Assembly: GCA_025603075.1 (NCBI GenBank)
Contig: MU626403.1
Span: 1-49,540, forward strand
DNA from: Neoconidiobolus thromboides FSU 785
Lineage: Eukaryota; Fungi; Entomophthoromycota
Direction of reading: 5' to 3'
Length of the DNA stretch: 49,540 nucleotides
This document shows, piece by piece, positions 37,984-49,540 of the stretch. A program made the translations under genes and the position numbers. The notes beneath the pieces were generated by a model. That model was not told the origin of the DNA and searched no databases. It was given only the letters and a program-made list of their open reading frames with translations. The number at the start of each line of letters is the position of its first letter. Positions within the stretch are counted from its first letter, which is position 1.

Positions 37984-38400
37984 TTAATTATATTTAGCTT
38001 GAAGTTCTTTAACAAATTCAATATATTTAGCTTCAGCAGCCTCTTTTGAGGTTCCTATGAAAATAATTTAATAAAAAATACAACTAAATAGATAAAATTT
38101 TACCTTTGAGGTTATTCCAAGCATCCCATTTAGCTTTACCGGCAAGGTCAAACATACCAGTTGGTTTATCTATGTCCAGTTTAATACTTTTTTAGACGAA
38201 AAACTAAAATTCCCTTACCAGTATTTACATCACCAACGGTAGCTTGTTTAAAGTTGGCATAAACTGTGAGCATCTCATCATTTCCTGGCTTTGTTTTGAG
38301 GTTCTTGACATCCTCAGCAGCTTTGTTGAATTCGGCCTAAAATAAGATTAATATCTGAATTTGACACCTAGCATTATTCACTTACACTATTTCCAGACAT
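37984..38400 (-). CDS. ACB1: Acyl-CoA-binding protein, 3 introns
   Basis: MSGNS|[39 protein letters not shown]|[22 protein letters not shown]|[23 protein letters not shown]. Confidence 0.93.
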
Positions 38401-39460
38401 TGTTATTAAAAAACTAACTGTAATTCTATTACTTACGTTTATATACTTTTCACTTCAAGAATTTATTAATATCCTTAAAATGTCCACGTAAGCCAATTCT
38501 CCGTTGTTTAAGTCCTAAATATTTCTGAATAACAAAATTTGATTTGTCGGTTAAAATTATTACGAGCTAACTTACCAATAATTTCATTTTAGAATTGGGT
38601 TGTATCATTGGACACATGTTTAAAGTTGGCATATTAAAACAAGTAGCTATGAAGTAATATAGAAGATTCTTCAATAACTGTAAAGAATGTGGGTTTGGTC
38701 TCCAGCCTACTCATCTTTAAGTTTAATATTTCCTTTTATAAAAACTACACTTTTAAGTTTAAACTTTATGTTCTATTAATAGTTTAAATAATTGAAAATT
38801 GAAATGCTAACAAACGATAAATTACATCATAATTTGTAATGAGTTGAATTAAAAAAAGACAAATTGGCAAACCCCACTAAAAGTTAATATTTTTATTTTG
38901 GGACCTTCGGATATAATTATTGTATCTTAATACGTAAAATTTTATTTTGATAATTAAAAATTTTATATTTGAGCCAATAGATATCATAAAAAATCATCTT
39001 TTTTGACATTAAAACAAATCTAGCCAAATAATAAATCAATTTTGATTAAAGGTGATTGAATACTCGAAATTTATTAAACTTCTGCTTTAAGACAAAGTAA
39101 TCAATAAAGTAAAGCTCTTATAATTTGAACAGGCAAAAAAAAGGTAGTAATTTATAGTAATATATATTTTATAGTATTGACTAACTTCTAATTCTAATAT
39201 CATATATAGTAACCAAAATCATTGATTAATAAGAAGAGGATATAACAGAAGTATAATAGCTAATATGATTAGAACTTCTATGTAAATAAGTATGTAGTTT
39301 ATAATAAAGATTCTGGCTTTTCGGATATTAAACTCTAGCAATAAATATAAAGTAATCTAAACTGAGCACTCTATCACTTGCTGCAATCTTGACCTGATAT
39401 TACATGTGGACATCACTATAAAGTAGATTTTTTAACATCACTTTTAAATCGAATTCAATA

Positions 39461-39556
39461 TGGGGATGTATTTTTTTGCTTAAGGATTTTACTAATAATT
39501 TTTTTACTCATAGGCTTAAAAAATGGAAAAGTAATGAAACTAAAAAAACATCCCCA
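39461..39556 (+). mobile_element. MITE-like element (copy H), perfect 9-bp terminal inverted repeat
   Basis: TA-tggggatgt ... acatcccca-TA. Confidence 0.88.
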
Positions 39557-39755
39557 TATTAATATAATCGAATAACCATTATTTCTTGGAATTCGATCCA
39601 CAGTAGCTTACAATACATAATATATTATAGTATTTATCTTTTTAAAGTAAAAAAACTTCGTATTTAAATTATTTACTGACGAGTGAATATAAGTACAAGT
39701 ATGATTTAAAAGACAACAATATATCCTTTTTATTTTCAGATTTAAAATATCGATA

Positions 39756-39841
39756 CATGGATCCATCTTGTGTTTAAGAACTTTGCTAATTTTTCTGTTC
39801 AAATAGTACCTAAAAAGCGATGAACTAAAAAAACGCCACCA
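39756..39841 (+). mobile_element. MITE-like element (copy I), internally deleted
   Basis: TA-catggat..ttgtgtttaagaactttgctaatttttctgttcaaatagtacctaaaaagcgatgaactaaaaaaacgccacca-TA. Confidence 0.7.
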
Positions 39842-39864
39842 TATGATATTGTTCATCCATTAAA

Positions 39865-39972
39865 TGGAGATATTTTTTTAGCTTCATCGCACTCTATTTT
39901 TAAGTGCTATTTAAGTAGAAAAATATTAGCAAAATGATTAGTAAGATTATTAGACAAAAAAATACATCTCTA
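39865..39972 (-). mobile_element. MITE-like element (copy J)
   Basis: tggagatatttttttagcttcatcgc...taagtgctatttaagtagaaaaa...acaaaaaaatacatctcta. Confidence 0.75.
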
Positions 39973-40203
39973 AATATTATTTTGGTAAAACAATTGTAGC
40001 TTTAACATATCAAACTATTGTGACTAATATTCAGTACCTCTAGCTTAAGCCATAAATAAATTTTATATTCAATGATAAGCTCTCAGCCGTTTTAAGTTTT
40101 TTATGATAAACAAGTAATTTTTTAAACTTAGCCTATTTTATTAATAATTTGAAATTATTACTATCTTATAAACAAAACTCATATTTCTGGATAAATATAA
40201 ATA

Positions 40204-40301
40204 TGGGAGTGTTTTTTTAGCTTCATCATTTTTTCTACTTTTTAAGAGCACTGTTGGGTGGAAAAATTAGTAAAATTCTTAGACACAAAAATACATTCCT
40301 G
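40204..40301 (-). mobile_element. MITE-like element (copy K)
   Basis: TA-tgggagtgtttttttagcttcatc ... acacaaaaatacattcctg-TA. Confidence 0.85.
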
Positions 40302-41478
40302 TATTATTGAAGTAATATCATCCCCATTAGAAAAATATAAAAATTAATATCAACAAATCATATTATCAGATCGAAAAACACATATCAGCTAAAAACGTAT
40401 AAATGGGCGATTACTTCTTTGCTTAACTATGTTCATATTTAATATATTAGTATCAGATGTTGTATTTTCAAATTATTTTAGCTTTGAGTTTAGAAGTCTA
40501 TTGAAAAAATATTTGAAAGTTTAAATTAACAATATAATGTCAACAAAAAATATATATAATAATACTAATAATAACCTTTAATCAAACTTAATATTCTTTA
40601 TATATTAGAGATATTATAATATAACTGCCATTGGCTTACATAAATGTTATAAACTTTAGTTATGCATTTTTTTTTAAGTTTAAAGTATAAAAATCTATAA
40701 CTAGTAGTTTAGCCCCAACAACTTGTTAAATATTGAATTTGCGAAGCCAGGATTTTTGAATATGAATTTATTAATAATGTTCAGAAATATTTTAAAATAG
40801 ATTAGGCGTATTTACCACAGTAAAAAACAGTCTTATCTAAGCTTTATGCAAATATTGTAATTTTTCATTAAACGTTGTATATGAAAGATACCAACTTTTC
40901 TTTTTGAGTACTTTTGTGAAGTATTCAGCTAGTAAATTAATAAAAACAATTAAACTAAGCAGCTTCGCTTTATTAAAGTTTTTAATGATAATTTTAAGCG
41001 AAAAAAGTACCTTATTCACTACATCTATAACATTTACTACTTATTCAATTCAATAAATTAAATATTATTAAAATACCCTATTGAATCTTTTTGTTTTCTG
41101 AGTAAATTTATTATTTCTTTAAAAAGGAAAGAAGCAAAAGTTAAAAAAACAATGAGCTAATTGGGCTAAAACAAAATATACTATTACATAAACACTAAAA
41201 TAGCAGTTAGACAATCTGGCTAAATTTAATGATGGATTAATAGTAAAGAAATAAATTAATAAACTTAGAGCTTAGTGTCCTTATGATTTGGCTAAATTGT
41301 TAACAAAAATATGGGGTTTGTTCTTAAAACATAGTACCTTCTACAGTACCGTTATTGAATTTGATGCGATTAACCTATTTATCTTATCTATAGATCTTAA
41401 ATATATTAACAATAAGGAAGTATAAAAGGATACAAATAGCATTAGATCTTTTATTTATAACATCTATTTTTTAATAAA

Positions 41479-43108
41479 ATGTCTTGGTTAGAGATTGTAT
41501 CTTACCTCTCATTATTTATTGTATCGCTAGTAGTAATACAAGTAAGTCCAATCAATGATTTCTTGTGTTAAAGTTAACATTGGATTTTATACTAGGTTGT
41601 TTACGCTTTTTACCTTTCTCCATTGAAAGATTTACCTGGCCCATGGCAAGGCAAATTAACTGCCTTTTATTCAAAGTCATTTATTTCTAAAGGCCAATAT
41701 CATACCTTTTTAGAAGACTTGCATGATCATTATGGACCAGTCGTTCACTTTTCTCCAAACCGTGTATCATTTGCCACTAAAAAGGCTGCTGATACTATTT
41801 ATTCAACTTACAAATTCAAAAAAACTCCTTTCTATTTATCATTCAAATATGGTGGAATTACCATTTTTAGTACTTCGTAAGTGCCATTATCCTATCATCT
41901 AACCTATTTAACTAATTTCTTAAAATAGTGATCGCGACCTTCACGCCTCAAGAGTAAATTTTAGTTTTATTTAACTATATTATATTAACGATAACATCTA
42001 GAAAAAAATCCATATGGGAACTTTAAATAAAGAAAATTTAAAGAAATTAGAACCAACTATGGTAAAGATGGGGTTCGTTCCAATGGATAAAAAATTAAAA
42101 GAAATTAGTTTACAAGATGGTGTTTGTGATGTTTATAAATTAATTCATCAAGTATTATTTAATATCAATGGGCAACTTATTATCAGTGAGGATTTTGATT
42201 TACTGAACAAGGAAAATCTGCCTGTCTTAGATTGGTTAAAGAGCACTTTGGCTTATGGTGTATTGCAATTCGAATTTCCTTATATTCCTTTGGTTCCCGG
42301 TAACAGATATGGTAAAGAGGACTATGTTAACTTTTTGAAATACGTTCGTGGCAAGATCTTAGCTCGTAAATCTATCTTTGCTGAAGCTGATAAGAAGGGT
42401 GAAAAGAGACCTGAATTTAATGATATTTTGCAACTATTTTTGGATACTAAAGATGAGATAACTGGCGAAGAATTCTCTATTGAAAATTTACAAGCTGAAA
42501 CTGTGACTGGATTTATTGCTGGTACTGATACCACTGCAAACACCGTTATCTGGACTTTGAAATTATTATTGGATAATCCTGATAAATTAGCTAAATTAGT
42601 TAAAGAAATCGATGATGCTTTTGGCTTAAACGAGGAATACACCTCTGAAACTGTTAGACAAAAGGTTCCATATCTTGAAGCTGTCATCAATGAAGCTATG
42701 CGTTTACACCCAGTATCTTCTGGCTCTTTACCAAGACTCGTACCAAAGGGCGGCGCTGTAATTGAAGGCTATCATATTCCCGAAGATACTGAAGTTGGTA
42801 TTGGCATTTATGCTTACCACCGTAGTGGCGAAGTTTGGGAAAACTCTAAGGAATTCATACCAGAACGTTTCCTTGGAGAAGAGGGTACCAAACGTAAAGC
42901 CAACTTTTTGCCATTCTTAACTGGTCCTCGCTCTTGTGTTGGCAGAGATTTTGCTTGGATGGCAATGTTCCATATTTTTACTACTATTTTTAGAAAATAC
43001 ACTATCTCTTATCAAGATAAAAAGGCACCAATTACCCCACATTATTTCTTAGTATTGAAACCAGAGGAATCTACCATGCTTATTAATGTTAAGGCACGTA
43101 CTTCTTAA
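41479..43108 (+). CDS. Cytochrome P450, 3 introns
   Basis: N-terminal TM anchor; SPLKDLPGP; I-helix AGTDTT; EAMR (ExxR); PERF; heme loop FLTGPRSCVG. Confidence 0.95.
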
Positions 43109-43208
43109 TTTAAGTATATTAATAAATTTTTGACTCTGTATTCAATTTTTTAACATCAATTTTATTTACAAAAAATAACTTTAACTTTTCAAGATATTTA
43201 TTATGTCA

Positions 43209-46018
43209 TTAAATTTCAGAAAGATTCATTTTTGATACATTAATAATTGGTGAGAACCAAGTCTGAAAGTCATCCTTATTTTGTGGGTTTCCGAATGGCT
43301 TAAGTGCCAAAATTTTAAAAACGAATTGTCCATCCACTATACTTTTGGTTTCGTAATTACCACTATCTTCCTCATCAGCAATGTTTTCGTAAACTATACT
43401 TGATTCATAGCTATCAGATTGTTGTTTTGATAGTTTATTACTATCACTGGTCAAATTCTTTTTAGGTATCAGTAGCACTCCATTGAATGGAAAATTGTAA
43501 TACAAATTGTTTGCTTTCTGATCGTTTCTTCCAATATAATTGTTAATTCCCCCTTTAATATATCCCATTTCTTCTTGAGTCAATGGGTTAATAGCTTTAA
43601 TGTATAACATCTTAGTTGGATGTTCGATCCTCACTTTTAATGTTATATTATCTGATTTTTTAAATGATACTTGCAAATTATTATTAATGTCGTTTAAATT
43701 AGTTGAATTAAATTCTTTCTCATCACGATGAAATATCAGCTTAGGGTATTCTTTTGTATTTAGAATAGGTAGTCTTGAATAATTGCCGAAACTAGCTAAA
43801 TATGGAATATGGTAGGGGTCGACTTCACTTTGATTATGACTTACTTTAATATATCCAGATAATAAATTAAAATCATTCATTTTTAAATTATTTGGCATAA
43901 GTATCTCAACTTGTATTATCTTTTTCTCTAAAGGATTTAAATCAAATTTAGTTTGATTAAAGTTTATAGTTGCTTGCGCGTCTACATTTTCTTTAGGAGT
44001 ATCCAAGTACTTTTCATTTTCATAATTGGTTATCGTTGGAGACCCTAAGTGACTCAATTCATAAGAATAGCTTTGGCTTTTGCTACTATTTTCAATTTGA
44101 ATATATTTATATATACTTTTGTTTGTGTCGTTATCACCTTTCGATACTAATTGAGTGTTGTTCAAAATTAATTTTGATGGAAAGAGTTTCGTTTCACTCA
44201 AAACAGTATTATAAATATTCATCAGTCCAGCTCCCTGGCGTAATACTGGGAAAACTGTACCATTTAAAGATGTTTTTTTAGGTTGGGCATTATTATAAAG
44301 TTTAACCTTTAGTTCCTGTGTATCCAATTTTGATAAATTGCTTTTTCTATAGTGCTCATAATATAACGCTATCATCCCACTAGTATATGGTGTAGCCATA
44401 GAAGTTCCAGATAGTGTTGCATACATTCCTAATGGAATTGGAAACGTTGAAAAAATTAAACCACCCGGAGCGCCTAAATCCGGTTTAAGTTCTAGCTCTG
44501 GTCCTGGTCCCCAAGAAGAAAAAGATGAAATTTTACCACCATTTGAATTCACAAAATATGGTGGAGTTGATACTTGAACTCCTTCAGTGCGATTCATTTG
44601 GTTTAACACTAAATTTCCATTTGAGCTGGTCAACCCCAATATGGGTATTTTTAACTTATCTTTCACGTCGTCTTTTATTAATGGTGTAAAGATTCCTGGG
44701 TTGTTATTAATTACTATTAGCCCTATTGCACCTAACTCTTGCGCAATTAAAGCTTTTACTTCAAAGGGGCATTTCCCTCTCTTTGCTATTAAAATGCTTC
44801 CTTTAATGTTAGCATTTTCCAATTCTTCATTTTTGTCACATGCTAACATTTCTTTATTTTTTGATACAACAATATTAGTATTACTAAAATTAAATTTGGA
44901 TGAATTAGGCGCTAATGTATAATCAATCTTTGATAGTGGTAGATGATCCATTGTTAACGCTCTTGCTACATACCTTTCTGAATCAAAAGAAGCAACACTG
45001 ATAACATTATTTCCTATAGCAGGTGAGGCAACTTCAAATAAACCTTTATCCCCATCATTTCCTGCTGCAGCAACGATAATAACGCCCAATGAACTTAATT
45101 TATCAGCTACTACACTATCGGGGTATTCTGACCAAGCAGAACCTCCACCTAAAGATAAATTGATAATATCCATCCCATCTTTGTAAGCTAATTCCATAGC
45201 TTCAATGATAATGTCGCTTTCAACTCGAGCATTACTTCCACATCCAAAAACTTTATAAGCACCTAAAGTTACATTTGGTGCAACTCCTTTAAAATCTTTA
45301 CCATCTGCAGCAATAATACCAGCGACATGGGTCCCGTGACCTCCACATGTATCCCTTGGATCCTCATCAGGCAATGGTGTATTACTCCCATCATAGTCAT
45401 CACCAACCAAATCTTTCCCATACTGTACTTTGCAATTAGGTCCTTTAAAACAACCCCCAAGATAAGGATGTAAATAATCTATTCCAGTATCAATGATTCC
45501 TATTTTAATGCCGCTACCATCCAACTTTAATTTATTTTGAGTATTATGTACCCCAGTTAATTTGTAATTGTCGATTGGATCGCTTATTTTGTCATCATCA
45601 TTTAACGTATACTGTGGTAGCCTTTTAGATAGCTAAAAAAATAAATTAAATAACTTTATATAAAGAACTAAAACATATATACCATAGGCCAGATAGCTTT
45701 GACCGTAGGAAATGAAACGATTTTATGGATTGCTTCTTCTTTACCATGAAATGATATTCCATTAAATAATAAGCAAAATTCTCGCCTTATTAACCACTCT
45801 ATATTATTTTCATTAACTAAATTTTTTAATTGCTCATGCTGTTGGATGCACTCTTCTTCATTCACTGCTTGATTAAACTCTAAAAAGTAGATATCATCAT
45901 TAATTGTTATAGGGCTATCTTTTGAGTCTTCATATTTAGGCAAAGTTATAAGCTTTATTTCCCCACTATTTATAAAAGATATAAAGGTGATAAAATAAAG
46001 TAAAATAGTATTAAGCAT
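43209..46018 (-). CDS. Secreted S8 subtilisin-like protease with prodomain, PA domain and C-terminal Fn3-like region; 1 intron
   Basis: Signal peptide MLNTILLYFITFISFINS; catalytic triad DTGID, HGTHVAG, SGTSMA; oxyanion AAAGN; PA-domain AKRGKCPFEVK. Intron joins ORFs 45668..46018 and 43209..45524. Confidence 0.95.
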
Positions 46019-46516
46019 GAAATTAACTAGTAATAGATGAAAAAAATCAAGGAAATTTAAAATAAAACTGAAAGAAAAAAGTTTTAAATATAATAAAAAG
46101 AATAGAATTATAATATTGTTTTATTTAATAATCAAATATCTACTTTTCCTTTTTTAAAACTTAATTTTTCCTTTTTCATCTTTTTCGTTAAACTCTTTAA
46201 TTTAATTTTTTAGCTCGAACGTTTCAGTTTTAAATTGAATATTTGGCTATTCAGTGTTTTAGCTATTTCTTTAAAAGTTATACATTATTTCGTTATAATT
46301 GAATGTAAGTTTAAAGCTATTTAAAAAGATTAAAGCAAAACAATATAAATACTATATTAATCTATATTAAAGACAATGGGCCTTGTTTAAAAAATAAAAT
46401 TATGACTAATTTTAATTAACAAATTATATAATTAATAAAATAGCGATTATTATCTTCTATGTTCTAAAGAAAGCCCAATATAAGTTACCAAATCCTAGAT
46501 AAATAATACATAAAAT

Positions 46517-46551
46517 AAAAAATAAAAAATAAAAAATAAAAAATAAAAAAT
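46517..46551. repeat. (AAAAAAT)5 tandem repeat
   Basis: Five units counted directly. Confidence 0.9.
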
Positions 46552-47420
46552 GAAAGCTTTGCCATGTCTTGTTTTATTTGAAATAATTTTTACAATTGTT
46601 TAATGTCAGTAACTTTATTATGTCATATTAATTTGTATTATCATAGCTATCATTTCTGCTACAGTCTCCAGGAATTTTGTGAACAGCTTCAAAAATCCAT
46701 AAAGTTAAAGTCTAATTTTATTGAAGTGTTTAATACGCTCTAACTGTATCCTCTGGTTATTGAAGATATCTCTGTACCATTTTTTCAATTCAGGTATACT
46801 TTGATGGTCATACCCAAAATTATTCATTCTCACACCCCCACCTTGCAGCTTTCCAGAGTCTATTTAAAGCTTTAATTTTTAGTCTAACTTTTGTTTGATA
46901 AAACCAAAACCAAAAACTCAAAAGTGCTGAACATGGATATTTTACAGAGATAGCACTTTCAGAATTATAATAATATTATATCTCCTTTTAATATCTAAAA
47001 CATATTTTTACACTTTTTTACAATTATAGAAAGTAGGTTTATCATAGTAGATAAAAAATTTAAATAATTTGTTATGATATAAAATAAGCAAATGTTTTTT
47101 AAAAATGGTTTTAATAAATGATTTATATAAAAGTTGACATTAAAATTAACTTTAAACAGGATTTTAATTGGTGGCAACTTTTTTTTAAATATTTTTTAAA
47201 TATTTTTTTATCATTTTTTATATAATAATTGTTAATAAAGCTATTAAAACTATTGGCTTTAAGCTAAAACTTATCAATTATTACTATATATTTATGTTTA
47301 TTTTTTATTAAATATACAGAACAAAGTTTTTTACCATTAGTTCTATAGGTTGAAATTCGATTTGAAATGAACAAATGGATAAAATTTTAAGATTAATTTT
47401 AAAGCTAAACTTCTGTGAAA

Positions 47421-47886
47421 TATCGCTTTGTCAGTCCCATGGTTAATTATAACATAACAATCGCCTAAGCTGTTGTGTTCTCGAGTTCAGAAGAAATCAA
47501 TCCCATGTTCTTATTTTGATTTGTTATGAGAATTTCTAGCTCCATCCAAAAGAATATTATCCTCTCATTTTGATATTTATACTTTTCAGAGTATAAAAGA
47601 GTTTACAGAGTATAGTAGTTTGAGGCTTTTTAACTGAATTATTACCTGACATCTCGAACATTTAATAAAGCCACTAAGTTTTCTTAATAGTATTTTACGT
47701 AGATTTTACATTAGTATTGTCTATTCTATTTGTCTTATATAGCTTGTAACCTATTACGTGCTATTCCTCATAATTCAAGTCTACCTTAGTCACATAAACT
47801 AAGACCTTTCGACTTATAGAGTAGTCAACCCAGCAATAGCTGTTCTTGACTCCAAACTCTGAGTACCAGATTTCACACTTCTAAAT
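47421..47886 (+). repeat. Repeat copy 1: arm A (~47421-47580) plus core B (~47577-47886)
   Basis: A is a ~70-75% identical direct repeat of 49068-49225. B is a ~96% identical inverted repeat of 49226-49540 (about 10 substitutions in ~295 bp by manual alignment). Confidence 0.9.
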
Positions 47887-48533
47887 AATATTTTTATTAG
47901 TTTTGATTAACTTGTTTTTTTAACTTACTAGATTTTAAATTTTTAAATTTTTAATATTATCAATTAATGATATTTTTGTTTCGTTATTTTATTTTATTAT
48001 TTATATGATTATTTTTTTAATTATTATTATTCTGATTTTATAATTTACTTTTTGCTTTTTTTATTAAACATATTAAAAGTTTCTAAAAATAAAACAACTT
48101 TAAATATATATTTTAATTAAAATATTAATAAAGCTTGATTTTTTTGTATTTAAAACTTTTTAGTTTATATTTATCTATACATTTTAGCATAAAACCATAA
48201 GTAAAGCACATTTAAAAATAAAAATGTTTTAATATTTTAAAAAGATTAATAACAGACTAAGGGTAGGCAGCAGGCAAAAAGTATGAAATTTAATGCTTAA
48301 AGTTTAATTATTTTATATTAGTTATAAAAAGCTGGAAATTTAAAAAAAACTTAGAATAATTTATTAAAAAATTATACAAAAAAAGTTATTTAATAAAGTA
48401 TAATTATACCAATAATGATAATAACAAAACAAATAAAATAAATATTATTTAATATAGTTGAAGAAACAAATTACTTTATACTAAAAAGTTAATAATATAG
48501 ATAAAATTTGGGACTTAATTACATAATATAATA

Positions 48534-48633
48534 TGGGGGTGTCCTTTTTGGCTTCATCACTTTTTCCATTTTTAAGCGCTATTTGAGCACAGATTTTGTC
48601 AGTAAAATTTTCAAACACAAAAATACATCCCTA
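48534..48633 (-). mobile_element. MITE-like element (copy L)
   Basis: TA-tgggggtgtcctttttggcttcatc ... acacaaaaatacatcccta-TA; 100 bp. Confidence 0.88.
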
Positions 48634-49067
48634 TATTGTATTTTATGAATAAAGATATTATCATTTCCAATATTATAATCCTACATAAAGCTAATGACCA
48701 ATAAATTTTAGTTTATAAGTATAGAATGCCTATTAATATGCTATATAAAATAGATAGCCATAAAATATTTATTGATAAACTATATAAAACAACAAAAATA
48801 AAAATGACAAAAAAAGAACTAAATATAAAATACAAATTAACAAAAATAAAGCATAATATTTATTTTAATGATTAAAATACAAATTATAAAGTTAACTTTT
48901 ATAGCTTGCATTATTTTATTAGATTATTAAAGTCGAAATCAATTTTAAAATTTCTTCATTTAAGCTAACTCTCATAAATAGTATTATTTTATCTAATACC
49001 TTATTGATTAAAATATAGCATTTTAAAAACAATAACTATGATATTTATTCAAATAAGCTATGGGAGA

Positions 49068-49540
49068 TATCGCTTTCTCAGCTCCATGGTTGATTATACC
49101 ATAATAGCCACTTAAGTTGTATTTTCGAGTTCTGAGACAATCAATCATAAGCTCTTATTTTATTTACTATAAGAACTTCTAATTTTATTCCAAAGAATAT
49201 TGTCCTCTTGTTTTGATATCCATACTTATTGAAGTATGTGAAATCTGGTACTCAGGGTTTGGAGTCAAGAACAGCTATTGCTGGGTTGACTACACTATAA
49301 GTCGAAAGGTCTTAGTTTATGTGACTAAGATAGACTTGAATTATGAGGAATAGCACGTAATAGGTTACAAGCTATATAAGACAAATAGAATAGACAATAC
49401 TAATGTAAAATCTATGTAAAATAATATTAAGAAAACTTAGTGGCTTTATTAAATGTTCGAGATATCAGGGATTAATTCAGTTAAAAAGCCTCGAACTATT
49501 ATACTCTGTAAACTCTTTTATACTCTGAAAAGTATAAGTA
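49068..49540 (-). repeat. Repeat copy 2: arm A' plus inverted core B, cut by the window end
   Basis: See copy 1; the last bases gtataagta align with the reverse complement of the A/B junction of copy 1. Confidence 0.9.

Noticed and set aside
42322-45460. Several 60-120-aa ORFs opposite the P450 and S8 genes (also 35619..35801 in KOG1)
   Set aside because: Antisense or alternate-frame shadows of long genuine exons.
49150-49226. Reverse-strand WISKQEDNILW in arm A', vaguely Myb/SANT-like
   Set aside because: Only ~10 residues, surrounded by stops and not preserved in arm A; insufficient.

Overview
Very AT-rich eukaryotic DNA with short (~45-60 nt) GT-AG introns, from a fungus. The gene style fits an early-diverging lineage such as Entomophthoromycota/Conidiobolus, which is an inference. 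I can assemble 14 apparently intact spliced genes by hand: two Yap1/Pap1-like bZIP paralogs, LAMTOR1/Meh1-like, HMG-CoA synthase, a LigE/GSTFuA-like glutathione transferase, a septin, Dnm1, Slu7, Alg10, Rac1, Raptor/Kog1, acyl-CoA-binding protein, a cytochrome P450 and a secreted S8 protease with a PA domain. Three things are invisible in the ORF track. (1) A decayed but motif-complete UvrD/Srs2-type helicase gene on the minus strand at ~10.9-13.7 kb. (2) Twelve intergenic copies of a ~100-bp TA-flanked MITE-like element, including a palindromic hybrid and a four-copy cluster. (3) At the right end, a ~460-bp repeat present twice with its young core inverted, best explained as an element with long diverged terminal inverted repeats. 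All identifications come from motifs read by eye; no database search was run.
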